From the NCBI RefSeq assembly GCF_001194135.2, contig NC_069005.1:15421051-15485050 (forward strand): 64,000 bases of DNA, in the 5' to 3' direction. The notes below the pieces were generated by a model that did not search any database, was not told the DNA's origin, and saw only the letters and a list, made by a program, of their open reading frames with translations. The position numbers were made by a program, and so were the translations under genes. Positions 1-13,030 of this stretch are shown one piece after another (position 1 is the stretch's first letter; the number at the start of each line of letters is the position of its first letter). The DNA is from Octopus bimaculoides (lineage: Eukaryota).

Positions 1-61
1 GTCCATGTAATCTATTACCCCACCTCCCCAAAATTTCAGGTTTTGTGCCTATAGTAGAAAA

Positions 62-112
<51 letters not shown>

Positions 113-189
113 GGTGGTGAGCTGGGGGTCATTGTAATCAACTAGACTCCTTCCCCAAAAATTCAGGCCTTGTGCCAATAGTAGAAAGG

Positions 190-251
<62 letters not shown>

Positions 252-1017
252 CATCATCATCATCAATATAAAGACAGCAAGCTTGGAGAATTGTTAGCAT
301 ATGGAACAAAATACTTAGTGGCATTCCTTCTGAATCTGAGGTCAAATGTCACCAGGGTTGACTTTATCTTCTATCCTTTAGAGGTCAATAAAATAAGTAC
401 CAGTTGAGTATTGGAATTGGCATAATTGACTTCCTCTTCATAAGTGCTGGCCTTGTAGTAAAATATTATCATCATTCTTACTATGATTACACTGTGTAAT
501 AAATTTTTAGTTTTAGTTTTTGTCTTTGGTCAGTAAGTGTTATTTCCTATTTGCTTCTGTCTAAAAGTAAAAGGAAATGACTACTATTCCCTTCAAACTT
601 TGCTTTTATCACCTGGACATCAATGTTTTGAAACTGACCAATTTTCCATTACATTTGAGATAGATTCAGCACAGAGTTGCTGAAGCAGAAATATCGTTAT
701 AGTCAATATTCTGCTCAATACCACAGATTTGCTTGTCAGTTGCTTGACCTTAATCGGTTGACTGACATGAGCATGTCCCTTATTGGCTGATATTGGCTGT
801 GCATCTCTGAGGATGAGCAGGAGAAGTGGGGGAGCATCATAGCCATGTAGTGAGAGGGATTCTTTGGGGTTTGAACAAATATAACAAAAGTCAAGTTTGA
901 AGGAAATATTAGCCATTTTTCTTACTTTTCTCGGGGTAAGCAAATAGGAAATAGCAGTTGCTACACAAGGACAAAAATCGTGTTACACTGTGTTATTATT
1001 ATCATCATTATTATTAC

Positions 1018-1270
1018 TAAGGCTGTGGAGTTGGCAGAATCGTTAGCAGACTGAGCAAAATGCTTAGTGGCATTTTGTCCATGTTTATGTTCTGAGTTCA
1101 AATTCTGCCAAGGTTGACTTTACCTTTCATCCTTTCAGGGTTGATAAAATGAGTACCAGCTGTGTACTGGGGTTGATGTAATTGAGCTACCCTCTCCCCC
1201 AAAACTGCTGGCCTTGTGCCAAAATTTGAAACCATTATTATAATAATGATCATTATTATTATTACTGCTG
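1018..1270 (+). mobile_element. Octopus SINE family B (representative copy, (ATT)n tail)
   Basis: Head aaggc..gagttggcagaatcgttagc, B-box-like gagttcaaattc, core gactttacctttcatcctttcagggttgataaaatgagtaccag, tail ggccttgtgcc...attatt. About 20 copies, e.g. 1-480, 4085, 6410, 11640, 11810, 14240, 21625, 36130, 36330, 38040, 39020, 39271, 44270, 57860-58680, 59370. Confidence 0.88.
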
Positions 1271-2708
1271 CTGTTATTATTATCAGAGAATTTCCATTTT
1301 GTCCAAATTCCCATCAACTCATCAACAAGGGCAGGTGAGGGTGGAGAGGGAATTGCTGCCATTCAGTGAATTTGCTGAAAGGTGTATGAGATATGCATGA
1401 ACAACTTATGTGTTTAGGCATACCCTGAGTATTCACTAGCAGGAACACATTTGGAGAGGGTCTTTGTTTTATGTAGAAAGGGCAACCTTGGATTTATGGG
1501 GTACCCTGACTGGCTCTTAGTGGCTGTCTCCCCCTATTGGAAGATTTCATTTCATTCTTTTTGCATGCTATTATTTCTTTTGCATAATCAATTCTGTGAC
1601 AACACCCACCGTTTTTCCAATTATCATTCTATTGTCATCTCACCCATCACCCTTGTGGCAAATTAAAGAAATCTCTCTAACAACATTATTATTTACTACT
1701 ATTACTACTACTACTACTACTACTACTACTACAACTACTACCACTACTACCACCACCACCACCACCACCACCACCGCCGCCGCTGCTGCTGCTGTTCAGT
1801 GTAATGATAACCAGAGACAAAAGAGCTGGAACGATACTTATAAACAGATTATCCTATTTAGAGCCACAGATATTCAATAGTGACATTTTCTGTAGAATAC
1901 AATCACATGTAGGGATTTTTATAAGTGTGTGTGTGTGTGCGTGTGTGTGTGTGTGAGAGAGAGAGAGAATAAGAGAGCAGGTGAACAGTGGATTTTTCTC
2001 TCTTCAGCCCTTACTCCGCCCACTTATCCATAACTCAGAACTATTTTTCTCTTCTCAATGCCGTTCTCTCCAGATCCGAAACAGCAGAACAATGCAATGA
2101 ATACAATTGTGAAGAAAGAGCTTTACCATTCCTCAGGCAATGCTACACTTATTTACTATTAACATTATCATTATTATTATCATTATTATTATCATTATTA
2201 TCATCATCCTTATCACCATCATTGTTATTATTATCATTATTATTATTATTATCATTACTATTATTGTAAAAGTTAAAGACGTAATGTAGGTTTCTTCATC
2301 CAAAATTATCTCAAGTCAGTTCTGTTTCTTAATGCAGCTGATACAAATCCCAATTATACCTCCCTTGATGACAGTGATGATGACAATGATGACAACCACC
2401 AACACCACCCCTGTCGTTCCATTACCTACTGGGCCACCTACAAAATCTAATATAACTATTGATAATGTGAAACAAGGATTATAAACTAGGTTTCATACTA
2501 AACCCTCTCAGAAACAACAACCAGTCATAAAACACAAATATATATATATGTGTGTGTGTGTGTACACACACACATAAACACATACATACATATACATTTA
2601 TTTATTACACACACACACACACACACAATTATATATAAATATATATTATATACTGCTCTATAACTTACAGTGTGCTGCTTTTTTGGGGGATTTATGTTTT
2701 ATCTACAA

Positions 2709-2747
<39 letters not shown>

Positions 2748-3769
2748 CTACACATACATATATCTATAAACATATCTGTACATGCATACAAATATTTATA
2801 TCTATACATATATTTACACATGTTTATACACACCTATGCAAATATATATATAAATATATGCCTACACACAGACACACGCATATATATATATATANNNNNN
2901 NNNNNNNNNNNNNNNNNNNNNNNNNNNNNNNNNNNNNNNNNNNNNNNNNNNNNNNNNNNNNNNNNNNNNNNNNNNNNNNNNNNNNNNNNNNNNNNNNNNN
3001 NNNNNNNNNNNNNNNNNNNNNNNNNNNNNNNNNNNNNNNNNNNNNNNNNNNNNNNNNNNNNNNNNNNNNNNNNNNNNNNNNNNNNNNNNNNNNNNNNNNN
3101 NNNNNNNNNNNNNNNNNNNNNNNNNNNNNNNNNNNNNNNNNNNNNNNNNNNNNNNNNNNNNNNNNNNNNNNNNNNNNNNNNNNNNNNNNNNNNNNNNNNN
3201 NNNNNNNNNNNNNNNNNNNNNNNNNNNNNNNNNNNNNNNNNNNNNNNNNNNNNNNNNNNNNNNNNNNNNNNNNNNNNNNNNNNNNNNNNNNNNNNNNNNN
3301 NNNNNNNNNNNNNNNNNNNNNNNNNNNNNNNNNNNNNAAATAAAATGACAATTTTAATTGTATATTTCAAAAGACATGATGAAAAAAATTTCTTCTGTTT
3401 AAATTTATTTTTGATTATTTTTGTAACATGTTTTTAAAGATTCACTTGTTTTTTAGATTCCCATAATAAATGAAATAAATCTCAAATTTACCCAATAAAA
3501 TGTATTTTAATTTTAAAAATATTATTCTTGGCTGCCAATAAGTATGTATGCATGTGTGTGTGTTTATTTATGATGGACAGCAGAAAAGAGTCCACTCATC
3601 ATCATTTGTTGTCAACTCACCCCTCTCTCCTTAAAGATATGTATTCATCACACTCATCTTTGTTTCCCTTCATGGGCATTTTAAAAGTTACCTATGTGTA
3701 TGTGCATGTGTGTGTGTGCATTTACGAAAGTATGTATGTAGTGTCACATGTATATCCTTGAAGTCAATA

Positions 3770-5420
3770 TCAGGCATTATTCTCCCCTTTTTGACCTCAC
3801 ATATTTGAAATCTCAAATTTTTTTCTACTGAACCAAATTTCAAATTTTGTAGCTCAAAATGTAGTTTAGGAGGTGACCAATCTAAAAATGTATAAGCATC
3901 ATCAAATTCGGTAAAAAACTGAATTAGTGACAAAGCCTAGAAATGGTCGCGAGTGAGTAAATGTTGCCCTTAAGAATATTATTCACACACAGCCATTTGT
4001 GAATAATATTTATTACAATATAGAGTATTCTATGAATATGAGGTAGGTCTTTGCAAGATACCTACTGAACTGAATAAAACATTTTGCAATATTGATTTCC
4101 AATTTTGACACAAGGCCATCAAATCCAGAGGGGAGGGAAGTTGATTACATTGACCTTAGTGCTCAGCTGATACCCATTTTATCATATACCAAAATGATAA
4201 AAAGCAAAGATGACCTTGGCAGAATTTAAACTCAGAATGTAGAGACAGACGAAATGCCATTAAACTTTCACCCTGCATGATCCTGACTCTGCCAACTAGT
4301 TGTCTTAGTACCGTAATAAGTAATAATATTACTTGAAAATTGTTTTACGTACTTTTGGCACATTTAGCCTATATAATAACTTCTTTATTTTGAAAATCTT
4401 TTTCAAAAGATTAACACCATGACACTTGTCTTGAGTTCTATCATATGACCTAAACAAAAACAAAATGTTTAGGTTTTGAATTTGCTTTTAGGCGTTACCA
4501 CTGTTTTCAGCACATTTGGCCCCATTAGTTTTTTATTCCTAATTTTTTTTAATATAATTAGCATCATGGGATTCCTATAGTTGAGATCATCTATCAGAAA
4601 AGTTAAATTTAAATATGGACTTCTTTTGAGAGAAGAATAACATTTGGAATTAAAGTTGATTTCAAGTGTTAATCTCCTATTTTTTTGCTGGTTTTTACCT
4701 CAGTATATTTTTTCTACTGAATATTTTTGCATATAACTAACATGGATAGATTCCTGTCATGGAGATCTATAATATAAGCTAAAATAAAATATAGATTTAT
4801 TCAAAAAGAAAAAAAATTTGGACTCAAAGTTGATTTCAGGCATTATTTTCTTGTTTGTGACCTCACATATTTGACCCAAAGTTTTTTCTACTGAACCGAT
4901 TTTCAAATTTTTAGCTTTAAATGTAGCTTATGATGTGGCCAATATAAAAATGTTAACAGCATCTAATTTGGTTAAAAGCTGAGTTAGTGACAAAGCCTAG
5001 AAGTGTTCATGAGTGAGTAAATGTTGACCGTAAGAATATTATTCACACACTACCATATGTGAACGATATTTTTTGAAAAGATTAGCACCATGACACTTGC
5101 CTTGATGAGTTCTATCATATGAGGAAAAAAATTTGAGGTTTTTAATTTGATTTTAGGTATTACTACTTTTTTTTGACACATCTGGCCCCAGTAGTTTTTT
5201 ATTAAAAATTTTTTTGATATAATTGGTATCATCGGATTCCTCTAGTGGAGATCTATCAGAAAAGTTGAACTTAAATATAGTTTTCTTTCGAAATAAGAAT
5301 AATATTTGGAGTCAAAGTCGATTTCAGGCATTAATCTCCTTTTTTTTTTGCCTAGAAGTGGTCGCAGGTAAGTAAATCTTGATCTTAAGAATATTATTCA
5401 CACACTACCATATGTGAATG
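3770..5420. repeat. Local duplication of a ~700-bp AT-rich unit, first copy split by a SINE B
   Basis: gacctcacatatttga at 3793 and 4859; gtgacaaagcctagaa...taagaatattattcacacac at 3930, 4990, 5350; caccatgacacttg...tctatcagaaaagtt at 4415 and 5085. Confidence 0.8.
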
Positions 5421-5509
5421 ATATATATATATTTAAAATCTTTGTGTGTGGTTGCCAGTTTTTTATCATCACAAAATATAAAATAAATTTTCAAACACTA
5501 TAAAATATA

Positions 5510-6065
5510 TGAGGTCTGATCAAAAGGTATTGGGACTGTTGCTATGGTAACAAAGCTAAATATGCAGAGTAAAGCTGCTTGGTATAGACTGACTTTGAAC
5601 CCTGTTGTGCATGCACACTAAGTTATATTTTCACTCACTTCTATTGTTTATAGCAGTGCTTAGAAGTAAAGAGTGTAGTGTGACCGTCTCAAAAAGAAGA
5701 TTGGGTTTCAAGTGTGCAGGATCTCTTAGATTGAGTTGACGAAGACGGAAACTTTTCAAAAATTGTCATAACAGGTGATGAATCATGGGTCTATGGCTAT
5801 GACCCCAAAACCAAAGCAAAAATCAAATCCCACTTGAAAGGAACAAAATTTCAAGACATCAAGGAAATACAAGAGTATACGATGTGGTAGCTGTTTGCTA
5901 TCCCAAAAGAGGAGTTCCAGGAATGCTTCCTTCAATGGAAATAACACTGGATAAAGTATGTGGCTTTAGAAGGGGACAAATTCAAAGGAGATTAAATGCT
6001 GAATTGATATGTGTAGTGGTTTTCTTTTTATAGCTCCAGTGCTGCTACTTTTTGATCAAACCTCA
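5510..6065 (+). mobile_element. Internally deleted mariner-like element
   Basis: TA-flanked TIRs tgaggtctgatcaaaagg / tttttgatcaaacctca; residual transposase text IVITGDESWVYGYDPKTK fused to KIKSHLKGTKFQDIKEIQ...FQECFLQWK*HWIKYVALEGD. Confidence 0.85.
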
Positions 6066-6100
6066 TATATTGAAAACACATTTTTACTTAAAAAACCTAC

Positions 6101-6294
6101 CTTTTTGGAATCAATGTCTTCTAATAAAGCTTTCGTTCTTTCATTCCTTTTCACTGAGATCTTAAATTTATTGTCAACAAACACCTGATAGCAAATTATT
6201 TCTACATTCCGGTCGACTTCTGGGGCTACCCATGATATCAACACGCTGTTAGTTAACTGACGATCCAGGTTCAACTTGTGAGGGAAGATTGTTT
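6101..6294 (-). CDS. RIMBP2: RIMS-binding protein exon: first fibronectin type III domain (ETIFPHKLNLDRQLTNSVLISWVAPE...YQVFVDNKFKISVKRNERTKALLEDIDSKK)
   Basis: Acceptor tttgtctctcag|AAACAATC, donor AAAAAG|gtaggt; 194 nt, phase 1 to 0. Peptide aligns by eye with RIM-BP FN3-1 (PRKITLIKQLAKSVIVGW...YNVLVD...RTKALIEKL). Confidence 0.88.
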
Positions 6295-8179
6295 CTGAGA
6301 GACAAATTTGGTAAAAAAAAGAGAAAAAAGAATCAGCAAAGACAAAGTAAAGTAAAACAAACAACAACAACAAAAAAAAGAAGCATTAAGCAATATGAGA
6401 GAAACATAAATGGTTTCAAATTTTGGCACCAAAACCAGCAATTTTAGGGGGTTAATCAATTACATCGACCCCCCCCCCCCTTGCCAGTACTTGGCTGGTT
6501 CTTTATTTTATCAATCACGAAAGAATGAAAGGCAACGTCAACCTTGAAAGCATTTGAATTCAGACAGTAAAGAGCCACAGAGTATTTTTTCTCATGTGCT
6601 AACAATCCTACAAGCTCCCTGCCTTTGAAAGAATCATAAATAATGAAATAACAGACATAAAGATTGGGTGAGGTAATACAGGACTAATACTGTGCTGTAA
6701 GAAGCTTGCTTCTCAACTACATAGTTCTAGGTTCAGTCCCACTGCATGGCATCCTGAGCAAGTGTCTTCTACTATAGCCTCGGGCTGACCAAAGCCTTGT
6801 GATTGGATTTGGTAGACGGAAACTGAAAGAAGCCCGTCATATGTATATGTGTGTGTGTCTTTGTGTCTGTGTTTGTTCCCCTGTCACTGCTTGACAACCA
6901 GTGTTGGTGCATTTATGTCCCCATAACTTGGTGGTTCAACAAAAGAGACTGATAGAGTAAGTACTAGGCTTAAAAAATAAGTCCTTGGATCAATTTGTTC
7001 AACTAAAGCCCTTCAAGGTGGTGCTCCAGCATGGTGGCAGTCAAATGACTGACATAAGTAAAAGAATAAAAAGAATATGAGTATCAATTGTACTGAATTT
7101 CCCATCTAGTTACCAACCTAAAACCATACCACAGTGGGAAGTCCCTAATTTTGAAGTTACAAAGTTAACAAACCAATGAGAAAGTGTCTACAAGGTCCCA
7201 CAACCTACAAGAAAGAGCAAACAAATCCCCCTTAAATCACACCATGCCACATCAACTTGATTGTATAAAAGACTCAGTAAAGATGTTTTTTTTGCAACAT
7301 TCCTGATGTGAAGTCATGTGTTGAAACAGATGTTATATTTTAGGATGGTCATTTTTATTTTCTTTATTTGCTAAATAAACACACACAATATATTCATTCC
7401 TTGCTTTGGATTTATTATTTTTCTAATTTTATGTCTTATGTCTGGAAATCTTTCATAACACATCCTGTGACCTCTTCAGAGACTCTCCATCCTACAAGTT
7501 TCCTCCTGTTCTGTTTAGTCCATTCTCTAGAAAGAATGGACTAAATGAAAGATTTCCAGACATAGGATATGAAATAAAAAGAATAATAAAATAAATCTGA
7601 AGTTAAGAACAAATATAAAAAGTGTGTGTGCTTATTTGGCTGGAATGATTCCAATTACAGGATTACTCAATCATGGTTTAATTCGGAGCTACACAATGAC
7701 TACAACTAGAATCAGATAAATCTTCAGTGTTCCAGAAGGACGAAAGGCAAAGCTAATCCCAGCAAGATAATAACAGCTTATAATAATTCTACTTGTCATT
7801 ACATTACTTAGCCCGTTGGTAACACTTTCATAAGAAAAAGAAGAAAGAAAAGAGGAGAAAAAGAGGATAAGGCAAAGAGTGAGACAGAAAGAGAAAAGAT
7901 GGAGAAGGAAGTGTCCATGACATGTGGTAGGGGGAACATAATATTTATTACATGATTAAAAAATTTAGTTGAAGTTAGTGATATACCAGAGTGTTAGGAA
8001 TATAATTTTAGCAGAGGGGTGATGTTCTGATGGTGAGATTAAAGAAAGACAGAGAGAAAGAGGAAAGAGAGGGAAATAGAGAGATAGGGAGAGACAGGTG
8101 GTGGTGGCCATGGTAAGTGCATAGTGAAAAGTAATTTTTTTTTATTGAACTAAGTTTTTTTATATCACCTATCACTTAA

Positions 8180-8360
8180 CGAATGCGCATTCCAAACTTG
8201 TCATTCACTTTAGTAAGAAACCAGTTTCCCGTTCACCTATCAAATGCAATAAATCACCTATCAAATCAATAAATCACAAGGGCAGACATTTGATAAAGTA
8301 GGGCTGTTCTTGGCTGAACTTGTATTCGGCCATGGTCAGCTATATGTTGCATTCTCAAAT
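8180..8360 (+). mobile_element. Helitron RepHel (PIF1-like helicase) C-terminal fragment
   Basis: FTLVRNQFPVHLS, then after a small duplication INKSQGQTFDKVGLFLAELVFGHGQLYVAFS, the hallmark Helitron/PIF1 helicase motif VI region. Confidence 0.85.
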
Positions 8361-10177
8361 TATCTGATGAGAGAGTTCAAGTTATCAACACTGACAAACA
8401 AGGGAAAAGATGAAGGAGAACTTGCATGAAGAACGTCGTCTGCAAAGAAGTATTGGATTGAAAGGTGTACACAAATTGAAAGGTGTGTTGGCTCTGACCC
8501 GTAGCCTTGGCTTATTAGTTACCAGTGATGTTGCATTAAATTTTTACCCCTGTGAAATTGTGACCCTTATATTTTACATATAAGATAATTTTTTTTACTA
8601 TAAAATTTTTGTTTTCTAGATATGAAATTGTGACCATGTAAATTTTAAAATGTAATTCTTTCTATTTATGGGGAAAATGAGAAAATAAGAGTGAATATTT
8701 ATTTTATGAGTGTTGTGTATAAAGTCTATAAAATTGTGCATAAAGTATATAATGTATATATATATATATATATATAAAGTGCATTAAGTAATCATTTACA
8801 ATGAATAGCAGATAAGTGACCATCTTTTGATNNNNNNNNNNNNNNNNNNNNNNNNNNNNNNNNNNNNNNNNNNNNNNNNNNNNNNNNNNNNNNNNNNNNN
8901 NNNNNNNNNNNNNNNNNNNNNNNNNNNNNNNNNNNNNNNTGGAGCACCACCTTTAGTCGAGGAAATCGACCCCAGGACTTATTCTTTGTAAGCTTAGTAC
9001 TTATTCTATCGGTCTCTTTATGCCGAACCACTAAGTTACGGGGACGTAAACACACTAGCATCTGTTGTCAAGCGATGGTGGGGGGACAAACACAGACACA
9101 CAAACACACATACATATATATATATATATATACATATATACGACGGGCTTCTTTCAGTTTCCGTCTACCAAATCCACTCACAAGGCTTTGGTCGGCCCGA
9201 GGCTATAGTAGAAGACACTTGCCCAAAGTGCCACACAGTGGGACTGAACCCGGAACCATGTGGTTGGTAAGCAAGTTACTTACCACACAGCCACTCCTGC
9301 ACCTGTAAGTTTACTATTAATTCTGTGAAATATTTATGGGTCCTGCTAGTTATATAACTATTAATGAATCCTCTACTGCAACAATTCATATTGTTTGTGA
9401 ACCTATTCTAGAGTATCAGTTGATATCTCAATTTGAATGACTTTTCATAATCAGTCTGTATTGCCAACAATTGTCTATTATTGACACAATAAACAATTGT
9501 CTATTATTGACACAATAAACAACATGGCAGCCATGCTTGCCAGCAGTATTATAAAACTTAAGGGGACATTTAGATGTCATATTAACAGGTTGAGCAGCTT
9601 TTTCTTTCCATTTTCTTTTTTTATTTTTGGTGAAAAATAATTAAAACAAAACAAGAATTTTTAATTCACTACCCTTCATGATAACAATGGTGGCAAAGTG
9701 GGAGATGTGGTTGGCAGCCTTATTAGAACATGTGGTGGTCGTTTAGCTATGGCTATTTACATACAGAGTGAAGGTATATGGTCTAGTAGTTAGAGTGTTG
9801 GGTTCAACATTGGAAGATTGCAGGTTCAATTCCAGTACTGGATGTATGTCTCGTCATCGGACAAAATACTTCCTTCTATGTTGTTCCAGTTTATTGAACT
9901 GAAAATGAGTACCAGCAGCAGCTGAGGGAGATTAACTTTGCAATGGCCCAACGTCTCATTTGAGGTGAGGGTGGGATGAGTCTTGTACCCTCAGTCACTT
10001 CACCCTTGAGCATTCAGATTATTCTATCAAATGTAATCCTTATTTATTCACACTGTTTTGAATTAATCATGCATTATCTTGTAACTACAAGATTTTGATG
10101 ATGTGATTCTTTATTTTTAGAATGACATTGTAGGACAGGTGAGAGAGGCTAGATCTGGCTGATTTGATCATAAAACC

Positions 10178-10403
10178 AGAAGAGAAAAGGGAGATATTGA
10201 ATGACAAGAGAGAAAAGCATGACAAAATGAATCTCATCCTCCACCAACATTACCATGCAGTCAATGCCATCAACTCTTCTGGACAAGAATTGGTCTCCAG
10301 AGTCACCATCACCATAAAGGAAGTATTCAGCAAAGAAGAAACTAAATTCTTGGATCTGAGATAAAGCCACTGCTGCTGCTGCTGCCCATCACAATGCAGC
10401 CAC
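10178..10403 (+). mobile_element. Short RTE-type LINE 3' fragment inserted in a MITE
   Basis: Reading QERKA*QNESHPPPTLPCSQCHQLFWTRIGLQSHHHHK matches the RTE C-terminal C2H2 motif (CxxC...RIGLxSH); followed by (GCT)n. Confidence 0.65.
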
Positions 10404-11134
10404 AATATTTGGGCCAGATATGGTCAGTTTAAATGCTAAGGGGTTTAACATCAAGGAAAGCAGAATAAAGTCCAGCCTAGTACACCTGTAGGCTTTACAC
10501 TATCTTCAACTAGTTTCTTTTTTTAATTTTATATTTTCATCATTTAATGCCAAAGTTCCATGAGTTGGATCTTTATTTCAAAGGTACATCCTGGTCACAT
10601 TCTGTGTCATGCTAAATTTCCCTGAGAACCACATTAAGGGTATACGTGTCTGTGGAGTGCTCAGCCGCTTGCATGTTAATTTCACAAGCAGGTTGATTGG
10701 AACCCTCTTTGTTGTAACCATTGGAGTGTCAGTATACTGCATAGTCAGGAGAGTAGGCAATACCCATGACCCTTTACAGTGCTTTTGAGATAGGAGGCAG
10801 AAAAGGAGGCTGGTACTCTCAAACTAAAGACCTGGGCCAAATGATTGCACCAGAACAGACTCCACTAAAGGCACTGAAGGAGTCAGGTAATAGATTAAGT
10901 CTACAACCCAAGTAGGACATGGTGGGATTTGAACTCAGAATGCAAATACCACAAGGCATTTGGTCTGATGTGTTTGCATATCCAACAATCCACAGCACTA
11001 GTCTGATACCTTTTTTCATGAACCCCTGAAAGGATGACAGGCAAAGTAGACCTCAACAGGATTTGAACTCCAAGTGCAGAGCACCAGAACAAATATTGTC
11101 AGGTATTCTATCTGATGTACTACTTTAAAAAAGT

Positions 11135-11173
<39 letters not shown>

Positions 11174-11321
11174 GCTACTATTTCTGGCAGACTGAGCAAC
11201 TGGGTTCAGTCCCACAACATGGCACTTTGGGCAAGTGTCTTCCACCAAAGCCTTGGGCCAACCAAAACCTCATGAGTGGATTTGGCAGACAGAAACTGAA
11301 AGAAGCCCGTCATGTGTGTGT

Positions 11322-11365
<44 letters not shown>

Positions 11366-12534
11366 ATGTCTTTGTGATTGCGTTTGTCCTCCATTACTGT
11401 TTGACAATGGGTGTTGGTTTGTTTACATCCCTGTAACCTAGCGGTTTGGTGAAGGAGGCCAATAGAATGAGTACCAGGCTTTAAAGAAAATAAGTACTGG
11501 GTTGATTCATTTGACTAAAAATTCTCCAAGACGGTGCCCCAGCATGGCCACAGTCTAATGACTGAAACAAGTATAAGATAAAAGATACAACCACATCTAA
11601 TACAGAGCACTAGACCACACATTTGGTGTGGGGGAAGTATAACCAATTAAATAAATCAGTAGTTCTTGGCTGGTAATTTATTTCACTGACCCCAAAAGGA
11701 TGAAAGGCAAAGCTGATCCAGGCAAGATTTGAATTTAGAACACAAAGGGTCCGATCTAGGCATTTTGCTTTATGTTCCAATGATTCTGCCTAATAGTAAT
11801 AATGATGATAAAGCAAGCTGGCAGAATCATTAGCACATCAGACAAAATACTTATTGGTATTTCTTCCAGCTCTTTATGTTCTGAGTTCAAATTCTGACAA
11901 GGCTGAATTTGCCTTCTATCTTTACAAGGTTGATAAAATAATGACCAATTGAGCATAGAGGTCAATGTAATTCAACTAGCTCCTGTTCCAAAAAGTTTGG
12001 GCCTTGTGCCAATAGTGGAAAGAATATGTAATTATGACAATACAAATAGCACCCCCAGTTATGGAATGATGATGGGAATATCATAAGAGAGATACTGTCT
12101 CTCATGTCAGCTAGCAGTACCTCGCTGTCTGGATTCTGTGGCTGAAAAGGAGATAACCACAATCTGGACAGGTAGTGCTGTGGCCTGATTCAGTGTATTT
12201 AAACACATTTGACTACTGACTTTCTTATGGGTCAAATATGTCTCAAGCATATTTGAAATGGTAATAAGTTTGTATTTATACAAACTTAGTGCTGTTACCC
12301 TGTATTTTATTTACAGTGAACTGCCATTTAATGCCACCAGTCATTGAACGATGACGGGAATATCATAAGAAAGATAGTGTTTCTCATGTCAGCTCACAGC
12401 ACCGCCTTGTTTGGTTTCTGTGGCTGAAGGGGAGATAACTACTCCAAAATGCAATGCCTGGACAGGTGGCATTGTGGGCTGATTTGTGTAGAGCAAGAAA
12501 TTTTCTCCTAGACAAAACACAGTGAATGGCTTTC

Positions 12535-13030
12535 TTACATCATCATTGTTTAATGTCTGTTTTCCATACTGGCATGGGTTGGATGGTTTGACAGGAGTTG
12601 ACCAGCCGGGGAGCTGGCCAGACTCCAATTGTCTGTTTTGGCATGGTTTCTATGGTTGGATGCCCTTCCTAATACCAACCACATTTCAGAGAATGTGTTG
12701 TGGGCTTTTTATGTACTACCGTCAGGGGTGTGTTTATGTGGCACTGGCACAAATGCATTGTACATGGCACTGATATGAATGCATTTCATGTGTTACTGGT
12801 ATGAATGCATTTCACATGGCACTAGCATAAGTGCATTTTACGTGGCATCGGTACAAGTGCATTTTATGTGGCATCAGCATGAGTGCATATCATTTGCCAT
12901 CTCATGTGGCATTGACAAAAGTGCATTTCATGTGCCACCAGTACAAGTGCATTTTACATGGGACTGACATGAATGGCACCAGCACGAGTGCATTTTATGT
13001 GGAACCAGCACCTGCAAAGGACAAGCCTTC
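12535..13030 (-). mobile_element. RTE-family 3' end carrying an expanded 26-bp minisatellite
   Basis: catcatcattgtttaatgtctgttttccatactggcatggg... is the RTE 3' end; other short 3'-end copies near 25860, 37930, 40080, 41400, 42205, 46200-46480, 48680, 52850, 63290. Confidence 0.8.
12728..13015. repeat. 26-bp minisatellite (~11 units, gcattttatgtggcaccagcacaagt)
   Basis: Contiguous degenerate units without spacers. Confidence 0.85.

Noticed and set aside
620-943. 107-aa ORF
   Set aside because: It lies within the 480-bp MITE; the second copy at 56345-56817 has indels that would break the frame.
3688-3933. 81-aa minus-strand ORF as the next RIM-BP exon
   Set aside because: It lies in a locally duplicated non-coding unit, and the peptide does not resemble the expected rest of FN3-1 (RISV...CTLLVG).
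8364-8400. ctgatgaga as a hammerhead core
   Set aside because: No stem II or GAAA follows; it is decayed Helitron coding sequence.
12728-13015. CRISPR-like appearance of the 26-bp repeats
   Set aside because: Units are contiguous and degenerate with no unique spacers, the context is eukaryotic, and the unit derives from a LINE UTR.
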